Source of the DNA: an uncultured bacterium
GTDB taxonomy: Bacteria > Krumholzibacteriota > Krumholzibacteriia > JACNKJ01
Length of the DNA stretch: 64,000 nucleotides
Assembly: GCA_963695095.1 (NCBI GenBank)
Contig: CAVOFT010000001.1
Coordinates: 544,001 to 608,000 of the forward strand
Reading direction: 5' to 3'
Shown here one piece after another: positions 20,806-30,400 of the stretch (position 1 is its first letter; the number at the start of each line of letters is the position of its first letter). The translations under genes were made by a program, and so were the position numbers. Under the pieces are notes generated by a model, which was given only the letters and a program-made list of their open reading frames with translations, searched no databases and was not told where the DNA came from.

Positions 20806-21425
20806 TGCAGTCGCCAGCGCGTAAGAAGGCTCGAACCGAACGCCACGCCCAGGGCATCCTTGCCGCACTGGGATGTATCGGCATAGTCCTCGCAAGTCTG
20901 GGCGGCGGCGCCTGCGTCTTCCAGGCACGCAGCCCGCAGGCGCCCATCGATTCGGACGTGGAGTGGCTGCCGCCTTTCGACCCCGAGAACGTGCTGGCCA
21001 ACATGAAGTCAGCCGTGGAGGCCCGCTTCCTGACGAACTACAAGGACAGCCTCGACGAGTCCTTCGTGTTCATTGCGTCGGCGACCGACGTCAACGAGGC
21101 GCCGCGGCCCGGCTATTACGACGGTTTCGGCAAGGCGCGGGAACTGGCGGCGCTCGAGAAGCTGTTCACGCAGGTTGACGCCCTCGCCCTCAACTGGAAC
21201 TACGGCGAGGACGATATCACGGTCGGCGCCACCGACGCCGAGTTCAGGTTGAGCAACTACGAGCTGCGGGTCAGCTACGCGAATGGGGATGATGTCACCT
21301 ACGCCGGCTATGCCATCTTGAGGCTGGTCAAGGCTGGCAGCCAGTGGCGGCTCAAGGAGTGGGACGAGTCGCCGAGTGTTTCGACCCTGTCCTGGGGGCG
21401 CCTGCGCGCCAACCTGGATGTTTGA
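20805..21425 (+). CDS. Lipoprotein, probable NTF2/SnoaL-like fold
   Basis: Lipobox-like GGAC; PENVLANMKSAV...YKDSLDESFVF; C-terminal WRLKEWDE. Confidence 0.6.
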   Translation: MQSPARKKARTERHAQGILAALGCIGIVLASLGGGACVFQARSPQAPIDSDVEWLPPFDPENVLANMKSAVEARFLTNYKDSLDESFVFIASATDVNEAPRPGYYDGFGKARELAALEKLFTQVDALALNWNYGEDDITVGATDAEFRLSNYELRVSYANGDDVTYAGYAILRLVKAGSQWRLKEWDESPSVSTLSWGRLRANLDV

Positions 21426-21465
21426 TAGTTCGCAGCCCATGTCCTGCACTAGGAGACGAGGTACC

Positions 21466-22158
21466 ATGACTCGACGCAGCAAGCACCTACCCCTGCTGCT
21501 CCTCTTCTTTCTCCTGCCCCTGGGGGCGGGCTGTCTCTTCGGCACGCCGACGCAGCCGCCGCAGCCGAACCCGCCGCTGGCCTACAAGCCCTACTACGAT
21601 CCGAACCCGGCCGTGGCCAGGGAGAATCTCGTCTACAACTTCGAGGCCGCCTGGGAGAACCGGGACCTGGCGGAGTACCGCGACAGCATTCTCTACAACG
21701 GCACCGAGGAGGCCACGGACGGCGAGCTCTATCGGGCCTTCATCTTCTACTACGACCGCAGCCTCGATCCCGACCTGCCGGTCCAGGACCTCTACGAGCG
21801 CGAGGTGACGCGGGCGGACAACATGTTCAAGGGCCTGTCGGGACTCGATGCCGACGGTAACACCGTGCCGGGAATCCGCTCGATCACCGTGGACCTGCTG
21901 GCGAACGGTGTCTGGGCGATTCCCACCGATCCCGATCAGCAGGATGGCGATCCCTATCCGGCCGGGACGATCTGGCGCGCCTACGAGACGAACATGCTGA
22001 TCACCCTCAAGGGCACCTACGGCGAGAACACGAATGCCTGGCGGGTCGAGGACCGCCTGATCTTCCACCTCATTCCCGTGCGCGTCGCGGATCCGCTGGC
22101 GCCCAGCGGCTACCACACGGTCTACCGGCTCTGGAAGTGGCGGGACATCATCAACTAG
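21466..22158 (+). CDS. Lipoprotein, distant paralogue of the upstream gene
   Basis: Lipobox GAGC; ENLVYNFEAAWENRDLAEYRDSI; C-terminal YRLWKWRD. Confidence 0.6.
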   Translation: MTRRSKHLPLLLLFFLLPLGAGCLFGTPTQPPQPNPPLAYKPYYDPNPAVARENLVYNFEAAWENRDLAEYRDSILYNGTEEATDGELYRAFIFYYDRSLDPDLPVQDLYEREVTRADNMFKGLSGLDADGNTVPGIRSITVDLLANGVWAIPTDPDQQDGDPYPAGTIWRAYETNMLITLKGTYGENTNAWRVEDRLIFHLIPVRVADPLAPSGYHTVYRLWKWRDIIN

Positions 22159-22179
22159 CTTCGCCGCTCCCTGCTCCTG

Positions 22180-22221
22180 GCGCCCCTCGTGCTTGACAGT
22201 GCGAGGGGCGCTTTCTAGTGT
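22180..22221 (+). terminator. Intrinsic terminator with an overlapping sigma70 promoter
   Basis: GCGCCCCTCG...CGAGGGGCGC-TTT; TTGACA (22193) in loop, 17 bp, TAGTGT (22216). Confidence 0.55.
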
Positions 22222-22287
22222 AGACGGCCAGCGGCCGCGCGGGCTCTCCGGCGGCCGACCTCGCAAACGCGCCCCGCCAGCCCCCAG

Positions 22288-23511
22288 GTGTCCGTGCCCC
22301 GCAAGCGACGCAGACCGCAGACGTCCCGGCGCTCCCTCGCCAAGGTGTTCATCCCCCTGAGCCTGCTGATCGTGCTCGTGGCGGCGGGCCTGCTCGCCCG
22401 CGAGCGCTTGGTCGAACTGTGGCTCGGCGCCACGGAACCCGAGCTCAGCCTGCCACCGCGGGGCCTGCGCCCGGCCGAGGACTTGGAAGAGGCCATCGTG
22501 CTCGGGGCGCGCGAGCTGGGCGTGGCCCGCGGCCGCATCGGCCGCCGGGCGGGCGTCGACGGCCAGCCGCGCTTCGAGTTCCGCTGCCCCGACCGCCTGC
22601 ACCCGCTGACCGCGAATCGCTGGCTCAGCCGCATCTTCGCCGATGCCGGCATCGAGGTGCTCGACTGCAGCGAAGACGGCCCGCTCGGCCGACCGCGCCT
22701 GGAGTTCAAGCTGGCGGCGGGCAGCCGCCGCGAGGCGCGGGCAGCGCTCACGGTGCTGCCGCCCCTGGGAGAGGCGCCGCTCGAGGAAGCCCTGCCGCGC
22801 CTGGCCATCCTCGTCGACGACCTCGGCAACAACTACGACCGCGTCACGCGCGGCGTGCTGGAGCTGGAGCAGCCCCTGACCATCGCCATTCTGCCGGGGC
22901 TGACCCACAGCGAGCGCATCGAGAAGGAAGCCCGTCGCCGCGGGCACGCCGTCTTCCTGCACCTGCCCATGGAGCCGGCGGACTATCCCGAGAAGGACCC
23001 GGGCCGGCTCGCCGTCATGGTCAGCATGAGCCGCGATTCCATCGTGGAGCTGCTCGAGCGCATGGCGGGCGGCTTCGCCCGGCTGGACGGCTTCAACAAC
23101 CACATGGGCAGCCGGGCCAGCACCGACGATCGCGTCGTGGGGGCCGTGCTGGACTGGGCGGCGCGCGAGCACCTGCCCGTCGTCGACTCCTACACCGCCG
23201 CCGGCAGCCGCATCTACCCGCTGGCACGCCAGCGCCAGCTGCCCGCGCTGCGGGCGGACCTCTTCCTCGACGGTGCCGAGGAGGGCGAGCTGGCCATCAT
23301 GAGCAACCTGGCCGAGGCGGCCGAAACGGCGCGGCGCCGAGGCTGGGCGGTGGCGATCTGCCACCCCCGGCCGGAGACCCTGGCCGCCCTGCGCAGCATG
23401 CTGCCCCGCCTGACGGACTATGGCCTGCGCTTCGTCACGGTGCCGCAGCTCATTGCGGGCCTGGGCGGCAGCGACCCCACGCCCGCCCCGCGCCAGCCCG
23501 GGCCGGGTTGA
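22288..23511 (+). CDS. Divergent polysaccharide deacetylase (YibQ family), membrane-anchored
   Basis: LAILVDDLG, LHLPMEP, GFNNHMGS, VDSYT, DLFLD, AICHPRPET; N-terminal TM. Confidence 0.9.
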   Translation: MSVPRKRRRPQTSRRSLAKVFIPLSLLIVLVAAGLLARERLVELWLGATEPELSLPPRGLRPAEDLEEAIVLGARELGVARGRIGRRAGVDGQPRFEFRCPDRLHPLTANRWLSRIFADAGIEVLDCSEDGPLGRPRLEFKLAAGSRREARAALTVLPPLGEAPLEEALPRLAILVDDLGNNYDRVTRGVLELEQPLTIAILPGLTHSERIEKEARRRGHAVFLHLPMEPADYPEKDPGRLAVMVSMSRDSIVELLERMAGGFARLDGFNNHMGSRASTDDRVVGAVLDWAAREHLPVVDSYTAAGSRIYPLARQRQLPALRADLFLDGAEEGELAIMSNLAEAAETARRRGWAVAICHPRPETLAALRSMLPRLTDYGLRFVTVPQLIAGLGGSDPTPAPRQPGPG

Positions 23512-23536
23512 TTTCCCCGGGCGCGTCTGGTATCTT
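23508..23536 (+). promoter_or_regulatory. sigma70-type promoter
   Basis: TTGATT-17 bp-TATCTT with TG extension. Confidence 0.45.
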
Positions 23537-23592
23537 CTCCACTTTGAGGCAGATGTGTCGGTATCCAGATTCCCCGCCCAGCCAGGAGACTC

Positions 23593-24645
23593 ATGATCCG
23601 CCCGCGTATCCGCCGCCGCTCCGCCCTGCTCGGCGCTCTGCTCGCTACCCTGGGCCTCGCCGGCCATGCGTTCGCGCAGCCGCCCGCTGCTCCGCCCCGC
23701 TCGGATCGGCAATCGCTCTCGAAGGAGGAGATGCTGCGCCCCCAGGAGGAGCTGCAGGCCTTCCCCTACCAGCTCGTGGACTACACCCAGGAAGCCCACG
23801 ACACGCGCACCCAGAACGCGCCCGTGATCGTCGTCGGCAAGATCGAGTCCTGCGAGGAGATCCAGGGCACCGAAAAAGGCCGCAACTGGGGAGCCTGGCT
23901 GCGCGTGGAGACGATCCTGCGCAGCGACCGTGCCGGGCAGGAGCAGGCCGACCGCCTCTACTTCCGCCTGCTTCCCCTATTGCCACCCCATGCGCCGATC
24001 GCGGTCGGCGACCGCTGCCTCCTGCTTCTGGACCGCGACCTTCGCCACGACAACGCCCTCATCCTGCCCACGGAGATGAACTACTACCCGGTATCCGCCG
24101 AGGGCATGGTGAAGAAGTTCTGGAAGGCGGCGCCGACGCGAGAAGAGCCGATCGTCCGCGAGGTGCCGCTGTCGACCGTCCTCGAGGAGATCCGCACCCT
24201 GCTGCGCCAGGTGAGCCTGGAGGAACAAGCGCGCAAGAGCGGCCTGGTCTTGGTCGGCACGGTGACCGAGAGCCAGCAGGGCAGCGAGGGCGCCGCCGAC
24301 TACTTCTACGTCCAGATCAAACCCGAGAAGGTGTTCAAGGGTCAGCCCGACGGCGACACGATCACCTTCATCCAGCGTGGGAATCCCTATCGCTGGGCCG
24401 TCCAGGCGCTCAACCGCGCGGGATTCAAGCCGGGCGACCGCGTGCTCTGCTTCGGCAACAAGGACCCGACATTCTCGAAGCCGGGGACCTGGAATCCCAA
24501 GGGCGAGCCGCTCTATGTCTTCCCGTATGGGAAGAACTCCTCGCTCTTCATTGCCAGCACCACTGCCTGGCGGCGCGGATTCCAGCCCATCCCCCTCGAG
24601 GAGCTCTACCCGCAGCTCGAACGCTGGACCAAGGCCACGCCCTAG
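23593..24645 (+). CDS. Exported hypothetical protein with two tandem OB-fold-like domains
   Basis: Signal peptide ending AFA-Q; VIVVGKIES...VGDRCLLLL and LVLVGTVTES...PGDRVLCF. Confidence 0.6.
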   Translation: MIRPRIRRRSALLGALLATLGLAGHAFAQPPAAPPRSDRQSLSKEEMLRPQEELQAFPYQLVDYTQEAHDTRTQNAPVIVVGKIESCEEIQGTEKGRNWGAWLRVETILRSDRAGQEQADRLYFRLLPLLPPHAPIAVGDRCLLLLDRDLRHDNALILPTEMNYYPVSAEGMVKKFWKAAPTREEPIVREVPLSTVLEEIRTLLRQVSLEEQARKSGLVLVGTVTESQQGSEGAADYFYVQIKPEKVFKGQPDGDTITFIQRGNPYRWAVQALNRAGFKPGDRVLCFGNKDPTFSKPGTWNPKGEPLYVFPYGKNSSLFIASTTAWRRGFQPIPLEELYPQLERWTKATP

Positions 24646-24738
24646 GCGCCAGCGCGACCGAGCGGGGAGCCCCGCGCCATCGCCACAATCACCGACCCCA
24701 AGACCGGAGCCGGCGCGAGCCTGCTCCCGAGGTGAGGC

Positions 24739-26415
24739 ATGTCTCGAAACCAGAAGATCAAATTCTACAGCATCTTCGTGGTGCTGCTCCTCAGCCTTTG
24801 GCTGCTCTGGCCCAGCTTCCGCTTCTTTTCCATGAGCAAGGAGGAGCTGGAGACCCTGCGCGTCGACGATGCCAAGGCCTACAACAAGCTCCTGGACAAA
24901 TCCCTGAGCCTCGGCCTGGACCTGCAGGGCGGCACCTACCTGGTGCTCGAGGTCGACCTGGAGGGCGTCCCCGAGGAGAAGAAGGCCGACACCGTCGAGC
25001 AGGCCATCAAGGTGATCCGCAACCGCGTCGACCAGTTCGGCGTGGCCGAGCCGAGCATCACCAAGGAAGGCGACCGCCGCATCGTGGTCGAAATGCCTGG
25101 CCTGCCCGATGTCGAGCGCGCGACGCGGCTGCTCAACACGACGGCACTGCTCGAACTGAAGCTGGTCGCCCAGCAGGGCGAGGTGTTCTCGGCCCTCCAG
25201 CAGCTCGATCAGGCGATCAGCACCCGCCAGAAGCTTCCGGGCGCTCAGGCCGACGCGGCAGCCGCTGCCGAGGCGGCGCCCGCCGAGGCGGCCAAGGACA
25301 GCGCCATCTCCTTTCTCGGCGAGACCGCGCCGCCGGCCGAGGAGGCCGCTCCCGGGAGCACCGGCCTGCTCGCCCTCATGCGCGGCTACGAGAACGGCGG
25401 CCTCTTCATCTACAAGGACGACATTGCCAAGGTGAAGCAGTACCTCGCCGATCCGGCCATTGCCGTCGCGATCCCGCCGGGCTACGAGTTCATCTGGGGC
25501 GCGAAGGATGTCATGGATGCCGGCGGCCGCCCGGCGCGTATTCTCTACTACTGCAACAGCCGCCTGGAGCTGGATGGCAAGAGCCTGACGGGCGCCAACG
25601 CCGAGCCGGACAATGATCGCCCGGGCTTCTACCGGGTCGCCTTCACGCTCGACCGCGCCGGCGCCAACCAGTTCGCGCGGACCACGGAGCGCAACGTGGG
25701 CAGGCAGCTGGCTACCATTCTCGATAGCCAGGTCTTCCTGGCGCCCGTGATCGAGTCGCGCATCGGCGGCGGCTCGGGCGTCATCACCGGCCGCTTCACC
25801 GCGGATGAGGCGGCGGACAACGCCATTCTCCTGCGCGCCGGCGCCTTGCCGGCCACGATGCACATCGAGGAAGAGCGCTCGGTGGGTCCCAGCCTTGGCC
25901 ATGACTCGATCGCGATGGGCTTTCGCGCCGGTCTCATCGGCTTCATCTGCGTGATCCTGTTCATGATCTTCTACTACCGCGGCAGCGGCCTGATCGCCAC
26001 GGCCGCCCTGCTCCTGAACATGCTCATCCTGCTGGCGGCGATGGCCTACCTGCACGCGACGCTGACCCTGCCGGGCATCGCGGGCATCATCCTCACCATC
26101 GGCATGGCCGTCGACGCCAACGTGCTGATCTACGAGCGCATCCGGGAGGAGCTGCGTCGCGGCGGGCGCGAGGGCAAGGTGCGGGTGGCGATCCAGTCCG
26201 GCTTCGAGCGCGCCTTCTCGACCATTCTCGACGCCAACCTGACCACCTTGATCACGGCTCTGGTGCTCTACATCTTCGGCACCGGTCCCATCAAGGGCTT
26301 CGCCGTAACCTTGAGCCTCGGCATCATCGCCAGCATGTACACGGCGCTGCTGGTGAGCCGGTCCATCTTCGACCTCTTCACCCTCAAGCGCCCCATGCAG
26401 ACCCTGAGCATCTAG
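24739..26415 (+). CDS. secD: Protein translocase subunit SecD
   Basis: LGLDLQGG, IRNRVDQFGVAEP, LRAGALPA, VGPSLG, GMAVDANVLIYERIREE. Confidence 0.97.
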   Translation: MSRNQKIKFYSIFVVLLLSLWLLWPSFRFFSMSKEELETLRVDDAKAYNKLLDKSLSLGLDLQGGTYLVLEVDLEGVPEEKKADTVEQAIKVIRNRVDQFGVAEPSITKEGDRRIVVEMPGLPDVERATRLLNTTALLELKLVAQQGEVFSALQQLDQAISTRQKLPGAQADAAAAAEAAPAEAAKDSAISFLGETAPPAEEAAPGSTGLLALMRGYENGGLFIYKDDIAKVKQYLADPAIAVAIPPGYEFIWGAKDVMDAGGRPARILYYCNSRLELDGKSLTGANAEPDNDRPGFYRVAFTLDRAGANQFARTTERNVGRQLATILDSQVFLAPVIESRIGGGSGVITGRFTADEAADNAILLRAGALPATMHIEEERSVGPSLGHDSIAMGFRAGLIGFICVILFMIFYYRGSGLIATAALLLNMLILLAAMAYLHATLTLPGIAGIILTIGMAVDANVLIYERIREELRRGGREGKVRVAIQSGFERAFSTILDANLTTLITALVLYIFGTGPIKGFAVTLSLGIIASMYTALLVSRSIFDLFTLKRPMQTLSI

Positions 26416-26438
26416 GCGGCGGAAAGGCGAGGCCAACC

Positions 26439-27377
26439 ATGTTTGAGCTATTCAAGGACGCGAACTATCGCATCATTCAGCGCCGGCGCGTGTTGATGTC
26501 CATCTCGCTGGCCGCCATCCTGATCGGCCTTGGCAGCCTGATCATCAAGGGCGGGCCGGCCTACGGCATCGACTTCAAGGGCGGCTACAAGTTCATCGTC
26601 AAGTTCGTCGACCCGGTGGAATTGAGCCGAGTGCGGCAGGTTGTCGGCGAGCTGGGCTTTGCCGACAACAAAGTCTCGGATTTCGGCCAGGAAGATGAAG
26701 TCGTCATCATCCTGCCGGCCGACGAAGCCCTCGCACGGGGCGACGATGTGGGCGGCGATGCGGTGCAGCTCCGGCTCGGTGAGGGCCTGCGCGCGGCCTT
26801 CGCCGTGGAGGAGATCAGCCAGGAGAAGGTCGGACCCAAGATCGGCGGCGAGCTCCGGGTCCAGGCGCTGTGGGCCATCCTCTACTCGCTGCTGGGCATC
26901 ATCGTCTACATCACCTGGCGCTTCGAGTTCAAGTTCTCGATCGCCGCCATCATCGCGCTCGTGCACGACGTGCTGATCACCATCGGCATCTTCAGCTTGC
27001 TCGACAAGCAGATCGATCTCACCGTGCTGGGCGCGCTGCTCACGCTCGTCGGCTACTCGCTCAACGACACGATCGTCGTCTTCGATCGCATCCGCGAGAA
27101 TCTCAACGCGCGGCGACGGGGTGAATCCTATGAGGGCCTGGTCAATACCAGCATCAACCAGACGCTGAGCCGGACCGTGATCACGGGCGGCACGACGCTG
27201 ATCGTCCTCGCCTTCCTGCTCGTGATGGGCGGGGCCGTGATCCAGGACTTCGCCTTCACGCTCTTCATCGGTATCCTCGTGGGCACCTACAGCTCCATCT
27301 TCATCGCGAGCCCGATCCTGGTGGAGTGGCAGGCCGCCAGCCAGCGCCGGCGCGCGCGGCGCCTCGCTGCGGCCTAG
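26439..27377 (+). CDS. secF: Protein translocase subunit SecF
   Basis: GIDFKGG, VGPKIGGEL, ALVHD, GYSLNDTIVVFDRIRE, GTYSSIFIA. Confidence 0.97.
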   Translation: MFELFKDANYRIIQRRRVLMSISLAAILIGLGSLIIKGGPAYGIDFKGGYKFIVKFVDPVELSRVRQVVGELGFADNKVSDFGQEDEVVIILPADEALARGDDVGGDAVQLRLGEGLRAAFAVEEISQEKVGPKIGGELRVQALWAILYSLLGIIVYITWRFEFKFSIAAIIALVHDVLITIGIFSLLDKQIDLTVLGALLTLVGYSLNDTIVVFDRIRENLNARRRGESYEGLVNTSINQTLSRTVITGGTTLIVLAFLLVMGGAVIQDFAFTLFIGILVGTYSSIFIASPILVEWQAASQRRRARRLAAA

Positions 27378-27398
27378 GGCCGCCGGCCCTTGTCGTCG

Positions 27399-27425
27399 AG
27401 GGGGCGCCGCCGGGCGCCCCCTTTT
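27399..27425 (+). terminator. Intrinsic terminator after secF
   Basis: AGGGGGCGCC-gccg-GGCGCCCCCT-TTT. Confidence 0.7.
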
Positions 27426-27462
27426 GCTGGCGCCTCGGGGGCGCTCTCCTTAGGATCGCCGC

Positions 27463-30400
27463 ATGCGCCCGCGCTGCCGCCCTGCCCTCCTTGCCGCGCT
27501 GCTCGTTGCCCTCCTCGCCTCTCTGCCCCGCGGGGAGGCTGCCGGCGAGGGCGCTGCGCCTGCCGACACCCTCGTATCCCCGGCGCCGGCCCCGAGCAGG
27601 GTAGCCCGAACCGGGCGATCGCGAGCTGCGGCGCCGCCGGCGAGCAGCTCATGCAGCGTGTGGACGCGGCACTGGCCGCGCTCGTCGCGCGCGGCGAGAT
27701 GCTCGGCGCCGCGGCTCCCGCCATCGCTCTCGGATGCGCAGGCGGCCTTTGCCTTCCTCGAGCGAGTGCTGGGTCCCCGGCCCACCCTGTACGGTCTGCC
27801 GCTCGGCGTCCAGCTCCTGCAGGGCGAGGAGCCGCTGGCCTGGCTCGGGCATCCCGTACCCCTTGCCGATCGCGAAGGCGCCGTCGCCGGGCCGGCGCTG
27901 CGCCGATTCGGCGTCTACCGCTTCCTCAGCCTGCGCGGCTCTCTGGGCGGCACGGGTCTGGACTGGCTGATCGACCTGCCGCTGGCTCGGCGCCTGCCGG
28001 TCGGTCGGGGCGGTTTGCCGACCCTGCTCAGCGCGCCGGCGGGGCTTGACCTGCGCGTGCTGCCACCGGCGGTCGCCGCGGATTCCGACCTCTCCGAGGG
28101 CCCTTGGCGCTCACTGTCCGGCCCTGCGTCGGCATGGACAGGGCGCGCTGCGCCGCTGGCAGCGCCATGTCGACGGCCGCGCGCTGCTCGAACTGCGCTT
28201 GGCGGTCCCGGCCCAGGCGCTGCAGCAGCGCGCGGAGCGCACGGCGCAGCGGCGCGGGCAGGGCGCTGCCGCCGCGCTGATCGTCCTGGCGCTGGGGCTC
28301 CTGTTGCGCTGGCGATTGCGCCGGGCGCGGCGAGAGGAGCCCGGCCTTGCCTGGCGCGCGCTCTTGCTCACGCTCTGGGTGCTGCTGCTGCGCCTGTGCC
28401 TGCGCTGGGGCGACGTGCCGGGCAGCTGGCTCGGCGGGCGCTTCTGGGGTCCGCAGGACTTCGCCATCGCAGTGCCCGGGGGACTGCTCGCCAGCCCCGG
28501 GGAATTCCTCCTGAGCGCACTGGCGGCCCTGCTGCTGCTCGTCCTCGTGCTGCGCCCCTACCTGCGGCCGGAGGAAGAGCGCAGCGCAGAGGAGCCGCCG
28601 GCCGCCCCCGCGCGCAGCGCCGGCCCGCTGCTGCGGGTCTTCGCGCTCCTGGCGCCGCTGGGCGGGATCCTCGTCGCCTGGAGCTTCCTGCGCTGGATCT
28701 ACGCCCACACGGCTTCCGCCCTGCTCGCCGCCGAAGGCCTGGGCGGGGCGCGGCAACAGGGATTCGACGGCGCGCTCTTCTTCGCGGCGGTCTTCCTCAT
28801 CAGCGCCTTCCTGGTGCCGGCGCACTTCGCCTGGCGCCGCCTGCCGGAGCGGCGCTTGCTGCGCCTGGCGGCCAGCCTGATCCTCGTCGTCTTCGCTGCG
28901 CGCCAGGCCGGGATCGAGGCCGCCCTCGCCCTCTCGCTCCTGCTGCCCGTGGCGTGGGGCTTCCGCCGTGCGGCCGCCCGCTTGACGGGCCTGCTGATGC
29001 ACGCCGTGCTCGTGATTCTCGCCGTCACCCTGCTCGTCGACGGCGCGCGCGACGCCGCCCGCCAGGACCTCCGCCAGACCCGGGACGCCGAAGCGGCAAG
29101 CGCGGACGCCGCCCGCAATCTCCTGCAACCCGCCCAGGTGGAGGAAATGCTGCTCGCCCTCGGCGACGAGCCGGCCATCCGCCGCGAGCTGGCCGGCGGG
29201 GAGGGGCCCGACAGCTGGCTCGCGCTCGCCGCCTGGCAGGGGATGGGACTCGAGGCGGGCGGCGAGGCAGGTGCGCTCGAGATCTTCGATGCCCGCGGAC
29301 GCCTGCGCAGCCGCTATCAGCTGGGCGTCGAGCTGCCCGAGCCGGCGCGGCGCTTTCCCCTCATCCGGGAACCCGCGGAGCCGGGCGTGGTCGTCCAGCG
29401 CACGGTGGTCGCCAGTCGCGAGGATTCGCTGCGCCTGCTGGCGGGCGAGCTGGCGCTCTTCGAGGAGGGCCGTCCACTGGGCACGCTCGTCCTGCGCCTG
29501 CGGGAGGCGCGCGCGCCGGCGCCGGCCCTGCCGGCACCGGCGGGGCTGGCGCCGCCGGCTGCTCGCCGGCCTGCAGCGGCTCTTCCTGCACCTCGTCATC
29601 CTGATCGCTCTGCTGGGCCTGGACCTGCTCTTCGCGCGCTTCGCGCCGATCCGGCGCCGCTTGCCGCCACTGCTCGGCCCGCGGGGCCTGGGCTTCCAGC
29701 ACAAGCTGCTGCTTCTTCTTTCTGGTCGTCGCCCTGCTGCCCGTGGTGCTGACGGGCATCATCGCCGGGCGACAGCTCAGCGGACAGCAGGATGCGGCCA
29801 GCCTGCGCGCCAGCCTCGAGCGCGTGCGCGCCGCGCAGCGCTCGCTGGAGAACCGCGTGCGGCAGGAGGCCCGCGACCTCGCCGCCAGCGAGTACGTGCG
29901 CAACTTCGTCGTACCGGATTTTCCGACCACGGTGCGCGACATCGGCAGCCTCGAGCACAACCGCCTGATGATCTTCAACGGCGTCGGCGAGCTGCTGCTC
30001 GACGAGAGCCTGCGCAACTGGAGCCCGGCGCAGGTGGACTCCTTCCTCGCCGTGGTGCCGCCGGGCCGGGTGGTCTACGAGCGCGAGGGACGCCGCGTGC
30101 ACGCGGGCATGCTGCAGCCCATGGAGCTGTGGCACCGCGAACGGCGGATCCACTTCACGGTCTACTATCGTCTGCACGTGGACGCGGCCCTGCTCGACGG
30201 CCTCGGCGAAGTGGTGGGCGGCGAGCTGAACCTCTACAGCGCCGGCTCCCTGCTCTATGCCGATCGGCCGGAGCTCTTCGGGCTCGGCTACCAGTCGCCG
30301 ATGCTGGATCCGGCCACGGTGCGCGCCCTGGCCGCTGGCCACGCCCCTCCGCGCCAGGACCTCGAGCGGGCGGGCGGGCTGCGCCTGGGCCGCGCCACGC

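Noticed and set aside
553..25616. Very long alternative-frame ORFs (553-3771 -, 7567-9882 +, 21487-23799 -, 22419-25616 +, 23977-26436 -)
   Set aside because: Shadows of real genes caused by high GC and stop-codon scarcity; Arg/Ala/Gly/Pro-rich with no motifs
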